DNA from: an uncultured delta proteobacterium
Lineage (GTDB): Bacteria > Myxococcota_A > UBA9160 > UBA4427
Assembly: GCA_963822965.1 (NCBI GenBank)
Contig: CAWGJT010000006.1
Location: 320,001 to 384,000, forward strand
Direction: 5' to 3'
DNA: 64,000 nt
Shown piece by piece: positions 37,420 to 48,503 of the stretch. Under the pieces are notes generated by a model. It had not been told where the DNA came from. It searched no databases and saw nothing but the letters and a program-made list of their open reading frames with translations. The position numbers were made by a program, and so were the translations under genes. How positions within the stretch are numbered: position 1 is the stretch's first letter; each line of letters opens with the position of its first letter.

Positions 37420-38727
37420 CTAGCGGGCCTCGGCGCGGAGCGGGTGCGGGTGACCGAAGAGCCAGCCCTGGCCGTAGTCGATCCCGAGCTGCTTCAGGGT
37501 CTCGAACTCTTCCAGGGTGTCGAGGCCTTCGCCGATGATCCTCGCGCCGGTCTTCTCGGCCACCGTGCACAGGGCGCGCAGCACGTCCTGGCGGACCACG
37601 TCCTCGTCGACGCCGCTCACGAAGGTGCGGTCGACCTTGATGTACTCCGGCGAGATCTCGAGCAGCGCCTCGAGCCCCGCGTATCCCGAGCCCGTGTCGT
37701 CGAGGGCGAACGAGAAGCCGAGCTTGCGGTAGTAGTCGCGCATCTCCCGGAAGGCCTCGAAGTCGCGGATCGACTCCTGCTCGGACACCTCGAAGACCAC
37801 GTCCTGGGGCGTGAGCCGACACTCCGCGAGGGTCCGGATCAGGCGATCGGAGCGGAAGCTCGGATCGTGGATCGCGCTGGGCAGCACGTTCAGGAAGAGC
37901 TTGCTGCCGTCGGGGAAGTCGATGGCGCCGGCGATCGCGCTGGCCCGACAGAGGCAGTCGAGCTCGTAGACGAGCCCCTGGCGCTCCGCCTCCTGGAACA
38001 TGGCGATGGGCGCGTGAAACTCGGTGCCTTCGGGTCCGCGCGCCAGGGCCTCGTAGGCGAAGACCACCCGGGAATGCACGTCGACGATGGGCTCGTAGAC
38101 CGAGTGGATCCGGCGGTCGAGCAGCACCTCGTGGAAGCGCCGCCGGCGCTTGCGCGCCGCGACCTGGACGTTGAGCCGCACGTCCTCGCGCGCCTCCTCC
38201 ACCACCTGGCGCAGCTGGGTCTGGACGCTGAGCTTCGGATTGCGCAGCACGACCGCGTAGCCCATCGGGACCGTGGGGGCCTTCTTGACGTGCGGATAGA
38301 AGAGCTTCGCCCCCTCGCGCTCGAGCTTGCGGGCCACCACCTGATCGAAGCCCGGAATCTCCTGCCGGTAGAAGCGCGCGTCATGGTGCTCGCGGAAGAG
38401 CACCACCATCATCTCGTTGCGGCCCGATTCGCCGCTCAGCACCAGGTCGCAGTCCGCCAGGCGCTCGGCCGCCACCGACCGCAGCAGGTTCGCGAAGTTC
38501 ACCTCCGCCTCGAGACGCGCCGCGTGACCGCGGGTGCGCTCGATGCGCTCGAGCAGCGGCATGTCGAAGACCATCACGGCCAGGGCCGTGCCCGCGGCGA
38601 AGCGGTCGGCGATCGCGTCCACGGAGGATCCGAGATCGGCGACGTCCGGGCGTGCGACGAACGGCAGAGGCCGGGCGGCCTCGCGAACGGGTGACTCGTG
38701 ACCCCTCATCCCTGTCGCCATCGGCAC
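37420..38727 (-). CDS. EAL-domain c-di-GMP phosphodiesterase with degenerate GGDEF-like N-terminus
   Basis: YEALAR, FLNV, FEVSE, ALDDTGSGY, YIKVD, GEGL, QGWLF; start uncertain. Confidence 0.9.
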   Translation of the reverse strand: MPMATGMRGHESPVREAARPLPFVARPDVADLGSSVDAIADRFAAGTALAVMVFDMPLLERIERTRGHAARLEAEVNFANLLRSVAAERLADCDLVLSGESGRNEMMVVLFREHHDARFYRQEIPGFDQVVARKLEREGAKLFYPHVKKAPTVPMGYAVVLRNPKLSVQTQLRQVVEEAREDVRLNVQVAARKRRRRFHEVLLDRRIHSVYEPIVDVHSRVVFAYEALARGPEGTEFHAPIAMFQEAERQGLVYELDCLCRASAIAGAIDFPDGSKLFLNVLPSAIHDPSFRSDRLIRTLAECRLTPQDVVFEVSEQESIRDFEAFREMRDYYRKLGFSFALDDTGSGYAGLEALLEISPEYIKVDRTFVSGVDEDVVRQDVLRALCTVAEKTGARIIGEGLDTLEEFETLKQLGIDYGQGWLFGHPHPLRAEAR

Positions 38728-38908
38728 GCCGCGATGCTTCGTTGAGCCCCCCGAAGGGGGTGCCGCCGGGACGTGCAGGGCGCCGGCAACTTCGCCGGCG
38801 AGGCTCGGCCGACGACCGGGTCTCGGTTATGCTGGCGACCTCTTCCGGACCGCGATCCATCCTTCGACCCATCCCGTTCCTCGAGCCCCCGAACCGCCAG
38901 GAGTCCCC

Positions 38909-39739
38909 GTGTCCGAACGAGTCCGTGTCACGATCCAGGACGGCGTCGCCGACGTCCGTCTGAACCGCCCCGACAAGATGAACGCCCTGGACGACGCCAT
39001 GTTCCGGGCGATCGCGGAGACCGGCGGCCGGCTGCGCGAAGACCGCAGCCTGCGCGCCGTGGTGCTCTCCGGGGAGGGCCGCGGCTTCTGCGCCGGTCTG
39101 GACTTCTCGAGCTTCGGCGCCATGGCGGGCGGCGGCGCCCAGGCCGGGGAGCCGCCGCAGGAGGATCGCGCGGCCCGCGGGCTGCTGACGCCCACCGACG
39201 GCCCCGGCAACCGCGCGCAGTACGCGTCCTGGGTGTGGCAGGAGATCCCGGTGCCCGTGATCGCCGCCGTGCACGGCGTCGCCTTCGGCGGCGGCCTGCA
39301 GATCGCGCTCGGCGCCGACATCCGCATCCTGGCCCCCGACGCGCGTCTCTCGGTGATGGAGATCAAGTGGGGGCTCGTGCCCGACATGGCCGGCAGCCAG
39401 ACCCTGCGTCACCTGGTCCGGCTCGACGTCGCGAAGGAGCTCACCTTCACCGGGCGGATCGTCTCCGGCGGCGAGGCGGTGCAGCTCGGCCTGGGCACCC
39501 AGCTCTCGGACACCCCGCTCGAGGCCGCCCTGGAGATGGCGCGCGAGATCGCGAGCAAGTCCCCGGACGCCGTCCGGGCCTCCAAGCGGCTGCTCAACGA
39601 GACGCGGCTTCTCGGCCTCGAAGAGGGTCTCGGCCTCGAGGAGTCCCTCCAACGCGGCCTGATCGGCGGCCGGAACCAGGTGGAGGCGGTGAAGGCCAAC
39701 CTCCAGAAGCGCCAGCCGGACTTCGACGACCCGGCCTGA
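38909..39739 (+). CDS. crotonase/enoyl-CoA hydratase family protein
   Basis: LNRPDKMNALD, FCAGLD, FGGGLQI, MEIKWGLVPDM. Confidence 0.92.
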   Translation: MSERVRVTIQDGVADVRLNRPDKMNALDDAMFRAIAETGGRLREDRSLRAVVLSGEGRGFCAGLDFSSFGAMAGGGAQAGEPPQEDRAARGLLTPTDGPGNRAQYASWVWQEIPVPVIAAVHGVAFGGGLQIALGADIRILAPDARLSVMEIKWGLVPDMAGSQTLRHLVRLDVAKELTFTGRIVSGGEAVQLGLGTQLSDTPLEAALEMAREIASKSPDAVRASKRLLNETRLLGLEEGLGLEESLQRGLIGGRNQVEAVKANLQKRQPDFDDPA

Positions 39740-39740
39740 A

Positions 39741-40607
39741 TCAGGGCACGCCGGACGATGCGGCGGACCCCGCCGGCTTCGCGCTGGGGGTGAAGAGCGG
39801 CTGGCCGCCCACCCGCAGCGAGCCGATCGCCGCTTGCCCTTCGGCGGAGAGCAGCCAGTCGATGAACGCCTGACCGGCGCGCACCTTCACGTGGGGATGC
39901 TTCTCGGGGCTCACGAGAATGACCCCGTAGTGGTTCCAGAGGCGCGGGTCGCCTTCGACGAGCACCACGAGATCGCCGCGGTTGCCGAAGGCGAGCCAGG
40001 TTCCGCGGTCCGTGAGCGTGTAGGCGTTCATTCCCGACGCCACGTTCAGGGTGGCGCCCATCCCCGAGCCGGTCTCGCGGTACCAGCTGCCCGAAGCCGG
40101 ATGTGGATCGACGCCCGCCTGCTTCCACAGGCGCAGCTCCGCCTTGTGGGTGCCCGAATCGTCGCCCCGGGAGACGAAGGGCGCCCGGGCCTTCGCGATC
40201 CGGGCGAGCGCGGCAGCCGCGTCGCCCCCCCCGCGAATGCCCGCCGGGTCGTCCTTCGGTCCCACGAGCACGAAGTCGTTGTACATCACCTCGAAGCGCT
40301 CCACCCCGAAGCCGTCGGCGACGAAGGCCTCCTCCGAAGCGCGATCGTGGACGAAGACCACGTCGGCGTCCCCGCGGCGCGCGAGTCGCAGGGCCTGTCC
40401 CGTCCCCACGGCCACCACGTGCACGGCGATGCCCGTCTTCTTCGTGAAGAGCGGCAGGATGTGCTCGAAGAGCCCGCTGTTCTGCGTCGACGTGGTCGAG
40501 ACCACGACGATCGTCTCGGGCTCGTCCGCCCGCGCGGGTGCGATCGGCGTTCCGAGGAACACCCCCGCCGTCAGGGCGAGCGCGACGCTTCGCTTCAACC
40601 GGTCCAT
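39741..40607 (-). CDS. tupA: tungstate ABC transporter substrate-binding protein
   Basis: Signal peptide, STTSTQNSGL, VGTGQAL, FVSRGDDSGTH, YTLTDRGT. Confidence 0.9.
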   Translation of the reverse strand: MDRLKRSVALALTAGVFLGTPIAPARADEPETIVVVSTTSTQNSGLFEHILPLFTKKTGIAVHVVAVGTGQALRLARRGDADVVFVHDRASEEAFVADGFGVERFEVMYNDFVLVGPKDDPAGIRGGGDAAAALARIAKARAPFVSRGDDSGTHKAELRLWKQAGVDPHPASGSWYRETGSGMGATLNVASGMNAYTLTDRGTWLAFGNRGDLVVLVEGDPRLWNHYGVILVSPEKHPHVKVRAGQAFIDWLLSAEGQAAIGSLRVGGQPLFTPSAKPAGSAASSGVP

Positions 40608-41335
40608 GGCAGCTCTCCTCGCAGGAAGGAGCGCGCCTCGGCGCTCGCAGGAGATTCGAAGAACGACGCCGCCGGCGCCCGCTCCAGCAGGCGCCCGGCG
40701 TACAGGAAGAGCACCTCGTCGGCGACACGACGCGCCTGGCCCAGGTCGTGGGTGGTCATCACCACCTTCGTGCCCGCACGGGCGATCGCCGCGATCAGCG
40801 CCTCGACGGCGCGGGTGGCCGACGGATCGAGGGACGCCGTGGGCTCATCGAGGAACAGCACCTCGGGCTCGAGCGCCCACGCGCGGGCGAGCGCGAGCCG
40901 CTGCTGCTCGCCGGCAGAGAGCACCCGGGCCGGACGATCGGCCAGGTCGGCGAGCCCGGTGCGGGCGAGCACGGCCGCCACGCGCTCCGCGCGCTCGCGC
41001 CGGGGCACGCCGGCCACCGCCAGCGCCCAGGTGACGTTCGCCGCCGCGGAGCGCCGCAGCAGGACCGGGCGTTCGAACACCATCGCCTGCCGCCGGCGCA
41101 CGCGGGGATCGCCCGCCGCGCCGCCCGCCCCGAGCCAGCGCACCCGACCGCCCGTAGGCGCCAGCAGGCCGTGGGCGATGCGCAGCAAGAGGCTCTTGCC
41201 GGCCCCGTTCGGCCCGAGCACGACCGTTCGCGATCCCGCTTCGAAGCACGCCGAGACGCCGTCCAGCAGCCGGCGACCGCGCGCCTCGAAGCGGAGCTCA
41301 TCCAGCTCGAGAGGCAGGATCGAGGCGGACGTCAC
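40595..41335 (-). CDS. tupC: tungstate ABC transporter ATPase
   Basis: GPNGAGKS, LSAGEQQR, LDEPTASLD; lies between tupB and tupA. Confidence 0.88.
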   Translation of the reverse strand: MTSASILPLELDELRFEARGRRLLDGVSACFEAGSRTVVLGPNGAGKSLLLRIAHGLLAPTGGRVRWLGAGGAAGDPRVRRRQAMVFERPVLLRRSAAANVTWALAVAGVPRRERAERVAAVLARTGLADLADRPARVLSAGEQQRLALARAWALEPEVLFLDEPTASLDPSATRAVEALIAAIARAGTKVVMTTHDLGQARRVADEVLFLYAGRLLERAPAASFFESPASAEARSFLRGELPWTG

Positions 41336-42042
41336 CTGGCGCCCTCCGCGCGCAGACCCACCTCGCGAACCACCACCGCCGCCGCGTTGACCGCGAGGGC
41401 CAGCAGCAGCAGCACGAAGCCCAGGCCCAGGGCGAGGGCCAGGTCGCCCTTGCTCGTCTCGAGGGCGATGGCCGTGGTCATCACCCGGGTGGCGTGGGCG
41501 ATGTTGCCGCCCACGACGATCACCGCCCCCACCTCGCCGATGGCGCGGCCGAAGCCCGCCAGCACGGTGGTGAAGAGCCGGAAGCGGCCGTCCCACAGGA
41601 GCGTCGGCACGGCCCGCAGCGGTCCGGCCCCGAGCGAACGCAGCTGGTCGCGGTACTCCTCCCACAGATCCTCGACCACCTGCCGGGAGAGGGCCGCCAC
41701 GATGGGCGTCACGAGCACGAACTGGGCGATCACCATCGCGCGCGCGGTGAACAGCCAGCCGAGGGAGCCGAGTGGCCCCGAACGGGAGAGGAGCACGTAG
41801 ACGAGCAGGCCCACGACCACCGGCGGCAGGCCCATGGCCGCGTTCAGGGCCACCACCACCGCCGCGCGGCCCGGAAAGCGGGAGAGCGCCAGGACCGCGC
41901 CCGCCGGCAGCCCGACGCAGGACGCCAGCAGCAGCGCGCCGCCCGAGACGGCCAGGGAGAGCCGGATGATCTCGAGCAGCTCCGGGTCGCGCTCGACGAT
42001 CAAGCTGATCGCGGCGCCGAGGGCATCGAGGAGGCTGTGCAT
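41332..42042 (-). CDS. tupB: tungstate ABC transporter permease
   Basis: MGLPPVVVGL..LSRSGPLG, FGRAIGEVGA..VGGNI..TRVMTTAI. Confidence 0.9.
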   Translation of the reverse strand: MHSLLDALGAAISLIVERDPELLEIIRLSLAVSGGALLLASCVGLPAGAVLALSRFPGRAAVVVALNAAMGLPPVVVGLLVYVLLSRSGPLGSLGWLFTARAMVIAQFVLVTPIVAALSRQVVEDLWEEYRDQLRSLGAGPLRAVPTLLWDGRFRLFTTVLAGFGRAIGEVGAVIVVGGNIAHATRVMTTAIALETSKGDLALALGLGFVLLLLALAVNAAAVVVREVGLRAEGAR

Positions 42043-42086
42043 GGTGGGCCAGGACTGTCACCGCTCCCCCACTGGCCCGCAAGCTC

Positions 42087-43319
42087 TCAGCCGGCGGACG
42101 CGATCTCGTCCCGGGTCGGGATGCCGCGAACGTCACTGGACGCGAGATAGACGATGGCGGCGAAGCCCGAGACCGAGAAGGCGCCGATCGCCACGGCCGT
42201 GCCTGCGCCCAGCCACTCCGCGAGCGACGCGGCGACGAAGCCGCCCGCAGGCGCCAGGAACCACGTCAGCCCCCAGACGCCCATCACCCGTCCGCGCAGG
42301 TGGTCGGGAACCAGGAGCTGCAGGGTGGTCATGCCCAGGTTCAGATAGATGGAGGCGAAGAAGGCCCCGGCGAAGAGCAGCCCCATGGACAGCGGCAGGC
42401 TGCGGCTCGCCGAGAACGCGCCGACGCACAGGCCGAAGAGCACGGCACCGGCGATCATCACCGCCCCCGTGTGGCGCCCGGTGGAGAGACGGACGATCGA
42501 CAGGGTGCCGAGGAGCGCACCCACACCCGCCGCCGCCTCGAGCCAGCCGAACCCGGTGACGCCCACCTTCAGCAGGTCGTCCGCGAACACCGGCAGCAGC
42601 ACCACGTAGGAGCGCCCGAAGAGCGACGAGAAGAACGAGAGCCCGATGATCGCGAAGAAGAGCCGATTCGCGAGGATGTAGCGGACGCCCATCCAGGCGC
42701 CGTCCTCGTCCCCGGGCGTCCGGGCCCGCGCGAGCGGCGCGAGCTTCAGGCTGGCGATGAGCCCCGTCGAGATCGCGTAGCCGGCGGCGGTCACGAAGAG
42801 CGCCTGCCCGATTCCGACGGTGGCGATGACGAGACCCGCGAGTGCCGGCCCCACGATGCGCATGCCGTTCCACACCGCGGTGCCCAGGGCCACCGCGCTC
42901 GCCATCGCGTCGCGATGGACGAGCCGCGGCAGCAGCGCGTTCTGGGAGGGGTTCGTGAGGGCGGCGAGCGCGCCGCCCAGAGCGGCCCAGGCGACCACCA
43001 GGGCCAGGGTCACGCGGTCGCCGACCACGAGCACCGCCAGGGTCAGGTTCAGGGCGCACGTGGCCGCGCGGCCCCAGACCAGCAGCCGCTGCGGGTCGAC
43101 GCGGTCCGCCAGAGCCCCCGCCGGCACCATCAGCAGGATGGTGACCGCGGCGGACACGATGCCGGGAACCCCGAGCCAGAAGGGGGAGTCGGTGATCTGG
43201 TGCACCAGCCAGCCGCTCGCGATGAAGCGGAACTGCAGGCCGAAGACCAGCGCCACGCTCGCGAACCAGTAGCGGCGGAAGTCCGGGTACGAGAAGGCCC
43301 CGCGCGACGGTGAGGTCAT
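42087..43319 (-). CDS. MFS transporter
   Basis: About 12 TM segments, GALADRVD motif A, VPDHLRGRVMG. Confidence 0.9.
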   Translation of the reverse strand: MTSPSRGAFSYPDFRRYWFASVALVFGLQFRFIASGWLVHQITDSPFWLGVPGIVSAAVTILLMVPAGALADRVDPQRLLVWGRAATCALNLTLAVLVVGDRVTLALVVAWAALGGALAALTNPSQNALLPRLVHRDAMASAVALGTAVWNGMRIVGPALAGLVIATVGIGQALFVTAAGYAISTGLIASLKLAPLARARTPGDEDGAWMGVRYILANRLFFAIIGLSFFSSLFGRSYVVLLPVFADDLLKVGVTGFGWLEAAAGVGALLGTLSIVRLSTGRHTGAVMIAGAVLFGLCVGAFSASRSLPLSMGLLFAGAFFASIYLNLGMTTLQLLVPDHLRGRVMGVWGLTWFLAPAGGFVAASLAEWLGAGTAVAIGAFSVSGFAAIVYLASSDVRGIPTRDEIASAG

Positions 43320-43329
43320 GCGGAGCGGA

Positions 43330-44730
43330 TCAGAGCAGCAGGTTCGCCGGGTCGGCCAGCGTCTGCACCAGGAAGCTCGTGAATCGCACCGCCGCGGCGC
43401 CGTCGATCACGCGGTGGTCGTAGGAGAGCGAGAGCGGCAGCACCAGCCGGGGCTCGAAGCGCCCGCCGGCTTCGGGCGAGATGTCGAGCCCCTTCGACCA
43501 GATCGGCTTCACCACCGTGCGGGACACGCCGAGCAGGGCCACCTCGGGCGCGTTCACGATGGGGGTGAAGGCGGTGCCGCCGATGCCGCCGAGGCTCGAG
43601 ATGGTGAAGCAGGCGCCCTGCATGTCGTCCGGGGAGAGCTTGCCCCCGCGCGCCCGTTCGGCGATCTCCGCCGTCTCCCGGGCCAGCTCGAGGATCCGCT
43701 TGCGGTCCACGTCCCGCACCACCGGCACGACGAGGCCGTTGTCCGTGTCCACCGCGACCCCGAGATGGAAGCTCTTCTTCAGGATCAGCGACTTGCCGTC
43801 GGGCGCGAGCGACGACGCGAACTCGGGATGGCGTCGCAGCGCCACCACCACCGCCTTCATGACGAAGACGAGTGGCGAGAGGCGAACGCCGTGGGCGGCG
43901 GCCGTCTCCGCCTTGCTCTTGCGATAGCTCTCGATCTCGGTGATGTCCGCCTCGTCGTGCTGGGTGACGTGCGGAAGGTTCAGCCAGCTGGCGGTGAGGT
44001 TCTGCCCGGCCCGCTGTCGGATGCGCGAGAGCGGCACGGCCTCGACCTCGCCATAGCGCGAGAAGTCGACCTTGCGCACCGGCGGAATGCCCGACCCGGC
44101 GGCGCCGCCCCCCCCCGCCAGCGCCTGTCTCACGTACTGCTTGACGTCTTCCACGAGCACCCGGCCGTGGGGCCCGCTGCCGGGGGTCTGGGTGAGGTCG
44201 ACCCCGAGATCCCGGGCCGTGTGGCGCACCAGCGGGCTGGCGTGCGGCAACACCTCGCCGCCTCCCCGCACCGGGGGAACCGGCGGCTCGGAGTGCGGCG
44301 CCTCGCCGGGCAGCTGATCCGCCGCCGGGTGCGGACCGGGCGCGGGCGCGCCGGGCGCGAGACGCGTCCCGGGCTCGGGCGCCAGGTCCGCGGTGGCGGT
44401 CGCTCCCGGGCTGGTGCGGGCGGGCGGCGGCTCCTCGTCGCTCGCCCGCGGCTCTTCGTCGGCCGGCGGCCCGGCCTCGTCGCGCCCGCCCTCGACCTCG
44501 AGGGTGAGCAGCATGGAGCCCTCGGAGACCCGGTCGCCCAGGTGCACGGACACCTCGGCGACGATACCCGCCTCGGGCGACGGAATCTCCATGGTCGCCT
44601 TGTCGCTCTCGAGGGTGACGAGCGAGTCCTCCACCGCCACCCGGTCCCCCTTGGCGACGAGCACCTCGATGACCTCGACGTCGTCGAAGTCCCCGATGTC
44701 CGGAACCTGAACCTGGATGGAGCGCGCCAA
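43330..44730 (-). CDS. aceF: pyruvate dehydrogenase E2 (dihydrolipoamide acetyltransferase)
   Basis: VPDIGD..LESDKATME lipoyl domain, HASPLVR, FTISSLGGIGG, SYDHRVIDG; follows aceE. Confidence 0.94.
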   Translation of the reverse strand: MARSIQVQVPDIGDFDDVEVIEVLVAKGDRVAVEDSLVTLESDKATMEIPSPEAGIVAEVSVHLGDRVSEGSMLLTLEVEGGRDEAGPPADEEPRASDEEPPPARTSPGATATADLAPEPGTRLAPGAPAPGPHPAADQLPGEAPHSEPPVPPVRGGGEVLPHASPLVRHTARDLGVDLTQTPGSGPHGRVLVEDVKQYVRQALAGGGGAAGSGIPPVRKVDFSRYGEVEAVPLSRIRQRAGQNLTASWLNLPHVTQHDEADITEIESYRKSKAETAAAHGVRLSPLVFVMKAVVVALRRHPEFASSLAPDGKSLILKKSFHLGVAVDTDNGLVVPVVRDVDRKRILELARETAEIAERARGGKLSPDDMQGACFTISSLGGIGGTAFTPIVNAPEVALLGVSRTVVKPIWSKGLDISPEAGGRFEPRLVLPLSLSYDHRVIDGAAAVRFTSFLVQTLADPANLLL

Positions 44731-44752
44731 ACGCGTCCTCCGAAAGGGCTGG

Positions 44753-47411
44753 CTAGAGGGTCGCCGGGTTGGGCTTCTCGGGGTCGATGCCGTACTTGCG
44801 GATGGCCTCGACGACCCGCGAGCTCTCGACGGTGCCGTCCTCGGAGAGGGCCCACAGCGCCGCCGTGCAGACGTAGAAGCGGTCTACCTCGAAGTGGTGA
44901 CGCAGCTTCTCGCGGCCGTCGCTGCGCCCGAAGCCGTCGGTCCCCAGCACGCGGTAGCGCGCCCGCACGAAGGGCCGGATCTGGTCCGCGAAGGCGCGCA
45001 TGTAGTCGCTGACCGCCACCACCGGCCCCTCGCGTCGCGAGAGCTGTCGCTCCACGTACGAGAGCCGGGGCTCCTCCTCGGGATGGAGCATGTTCCAGCG
45101 CTCCGCGGCCAGGCCGTCGCGCCGCAGCTCGGTGAAGCTCGTGACGCTGAACACGTCCGCCGCCACGCCGAAGTCCTGCTCGAGCATGTCGGCCGCCGCC
45201 AGCACCTCGCGCAGGATCGTGCCGCTCCCGAGCAGCTGCACGCGCGGAGCCTTCGCCATGGCCGACTCGCGCACGAGGTACATGCCCTTGAGGATGCCGG
45301 GCTCGCAGCCCTCGGGCATCGCCGGCTGCAGGTACTTCTCGTTCATCACGGTGAGGTAGTAGAAGACGTCTTCCTGCTCGCCCACCATGCGACGCAGCCC
45401 GTCCTGGATGATGACCGCGAGCTCGTACGCGTAGGCCGGGTCCCAGCTCACGCAGTTCGGGATCGTCGCCGACAGCAGGTGGCTGTGGCCGTCCTGGTGC
45501 TGCAGGCCCTCACCGGCCAGGGTCGTCCGCCCGGCGGTGCCCCCCAGCAGGAAGCCCCGGGCCTTCATGTCCCCGGCCGCCCAGCACAGATCGTGCACGC
45601 GTTGGAATCCGAACATCGAGTAGTAGAAGTAGAAGGGCACCATGTTGATGCCGCTCGACGCGTAGGAGGTGCCCGCGGCGATCCAAGACGCCATGGCGCC
45701 GGCCTCGTTGATGCCCTCCTCGAGGATCTGGCCCTTCTTGTCCTCGCGGTAGTAGGAGACCTGGTCGACGTCCACCGGCTCGTAGAGCTGGCCGACGGAG
45801 GAGTAGATGCCGAGCCGGCGGAACATGCCCTCCATGCCGAAGGTGCGCGCCTCGTCGGGGACGATGGGCACGACGCTCGGGCCGATCTTCTTGTCGCGGG
45901 TGAGCAGCTGCAGGATGCGGACGGCGGCCATGGTGGTCGCGATCTCGCGGTCGCCGCTGCCCTCGGTGAGCGGCTGGAAGAGCTCGAGCCCGGGCACCTC
46001 GAGCGGAGGGGCGTCGGTGCGACGCACCGGCAGGTAGCCGCCCAGGGCGCGGCGGCGCTCGTGCAGGTAGCGGATCTCCGGACCGTCGGGATCCGGCATG
46101 TAGAACGGCGCCTCGGCGATCTCGTCGTCCGACACCGGGATGTTGAAGCGGTCCCGGAAGGCCTTCAGCGCCTCCTGCGCCATGTCGTGCTGCTGGTGGG
46201 TGATGTTCTGGCCTTCGCCCGCCTCACCCATGCCGTAGCCCTTGACGGTCTTCGCCAGGATGACGGTGGGCTGTCCCCGGTGCTCGACGGCGGCCGCATA
46301 GGCGGCGTACATCTTGTGGGGATCGTGGCCGCCGCGGTTGAGCCGCCAGATGTCGTCGTCGGAGAGGTTCGCGACCATGGCGCGCAGCTCGGGGTATTTT
46401 CCGAAGAAGTGCTCGCGCGTGTAGGCGCCGCCACGAGACTTGTAGTTCTGGTACTCGCCGTCGCAGGCCTCCTCCATGCGCTTGCGCAGGAGACCGTCCT
46501 TGTCCTTGGCGAGCAGGGGATCCCAGTAGCTGCCCCAGATCACCTTGATGACGTTCCACCCGTCGCCGCGGAAGTTCGCCTCGAGCTCCTGGATGATCTT
46601 GCCGTTGCCGCGAACCGGTCCGTCGAGCCGCTGCAGGTTGCAGTTCACCACGAAGATCAGGTTGTCGAGCTTCTCCCGTCCGGCCAGCGAGAGGGCGCCC
46701 AGGCTCTCGGGCTCGTCCGTCTCGCCGTCCCCCACGAAGCACCACACCTTGCGGTCCTGGGCCGGCAGGATCTCGCGGTCCTGCAGGTACTTGATGAAGC
46801 GGGCCTGGTAGATGGCCATGATCGGGCCGAGGCCCATGGACACCGTCGGGAACTGCCAGAAGTCGGGCATCAGCCGCGGATGCGGATACGAGGGAAGCCC
46901 GCCGCCGCCGACCTCCTGGCGGAACTTGTGCAGCTGCTCTTCGCGGATGCGGCCCTCGAGGAAGGCGCGAGCGTAGATGCCGGGCGCCGAGTGCCCCTGG
47001 ATGTAGAGGAGGTCGCCGCCGAAATCCGGGGTGGGCGCCCGGAAGAAGTGGTTGAAGCCCACGTCGTAGAGCGTCGCGGCGGAGGCGAAGCTCGAGATGT
47101 GGCCGCCGAGGGCTCGGATCCACCCGGTTGGCCTGCACCACCATCGCCATGGCGTTCCAGCGGATGATGGAGCGGATGCGGTGCTCGATGGCGTGATCGC
47201 CCGGGCTGCGCTTCTCCTGGGTCTCGGGGATCGTGTTCAGGTAGGCGGTGTTGGCGCTGTAGGGCAGGTACGCGCCCTTGCGGCGGGCGCGCCGGATGAG
47301 GCGTCCGACGAGGTAGTGGGCGCGCTCGGGCCCCTCGTGCTCGAAGACCGAGTCGAGGGCGTCGAGCCACTCGCGGGTTTCCTGGGGATCGGGGTCAGGC
47401 TGCAGGGGCAC
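44753..47411 (-). CDS. aceE: pyruvate dehydrogenase E1 (homodimeric AceE); one-base frameshift near 47110-47112
   Basis: N-terminal DPDPQETREWLDAL..RWNAMAMV in one frame; GGHISSFAS, GDGETDEPE, NLQRLDGP in another; span is 3n+1. Confidence 0.9.
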
Positions 47412-47585
47412 GCGTCGACCTCGCGGGAATGGGACCAACCGCCCCACGATAGCAGGCCCCTCCCCTCCCCCTCGGGCAAATCGGAGACGGCGGCGAGCGG
47501 TTCTCCGCTCTGGGCCTACGCGGGGCTGGCAGGCCGACCCAGGATGGGTCGGCTTGCGCCGCAGACGGTCCTGCGGATTCGTCGG

Positions 47586-48290
47586 CTAGTCGCGGCTGCC
47601 GAGGAAGATCCGCAGCACGTACCAGAACATCAGCGCCACCGAGGCGAAGAGCTGCAGCGCCGCGGCCACGTAGCGGTCTTCCGGGTAGTGGTGGAGGACG
47701 TTCGAGGTGTCGTAGAGGATGGCCGCCCCCGCGAATCCGATCATCGCCACCGAGAACCAGGTGCCGAGCTGGAATCCGAACAGCACCGCGGCCACGATCG
47801 CCACGACGGCCAGAACCCCCGCATAGCGAAGCCCGGCCCCCAGGAAGGAGAAGTCCTTGCGGGTGGTGAAGGCCACCGCCGTGAGACCGCCGAAGCCCAG
47901 CAGGGTCACCAGGGCGGCGCTCTGGATCACGCCGTTGGCGTACGTGTTGGCGATGTACAGCATGGGAACGAAGAGCACCGCATACGCCAGCACCACGGCG
48001 AAGAGCGCCGCGTACTGTGCCGGCTTCGACTCGGACGTCTGGGCCGCCCGCGTGGCGAGCCAGGTGACGATCATGAAGCCGCCGAGGACGAGCAGCCACG
48101 ACGAGCTCATCATGGCGGCGGCCATCGGCTCGGCCAGGCCCGTGTTGAAGAACCAGATCTCCAGCAGGGTGAAGAGGACGATCGAGCCCATCAGGTGGTT
48201 GTAGGTGCGGGTGATGAACTGCGCGCGGGTCTCGACGCTGGACTGGCCGACGGGCACGTACGCCCGGGGCATCTCGGTCGGTGAGCTCAT
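47586..48290 (-). CDS. Bax inhibitor-1/YccA family membrane protein
   Basis: RAQFITRTYNHL, TRKDFSFL, ILYDTSNV, AALQLFASV; about 7 TM. Confidence 0.88.
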   Translation of the reverse strand: MSSPTEMPRAYVPVGQSSVETRAQFITRTYNHLMGSIVLFTLLEIWFFNTGLAEPMAAAMMSSSWLLVLGGFMIVTWLATRAAQTSESKPAQYAALFAVVLAYAVLFVPMLYIANTYANGVIQSAALVTLLGFGGLTAVAFTTRKDFSFLGAGLRYAGVLAVVAIVAAVLFGFQLGTWFSVAMIGFAGAAILYDTSNVLHHYPEDRYVAAALQLFASVALMFWYVLRIFLGSRD

Positions 48291-48503
48291 GCTTCGTCCT
48301 CCTGCGGGGTCGCGGACGCCTCGACGATTCCTTTCCGTCGAGAGGCTCGCACCGGACCCGTGGTTCCCCACGGTCGCCCCATCGTCGGACGTATGGGCCT
48401 CCTGTCAACCGCACACCCCGGGGGATCGTGTGCCGGCTCCCGACCGTGTGCCATGCTGGCGCGGGCTCGCGCAGGTCCGCGCGCGCCGACCCGGAGGTTT
48501 CTC

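Noticed and set aside
47095..47125. Programmed ribosomal frameshift in aceE
   Set aside because: No slippery heptamer; a simple indel explains the sequence
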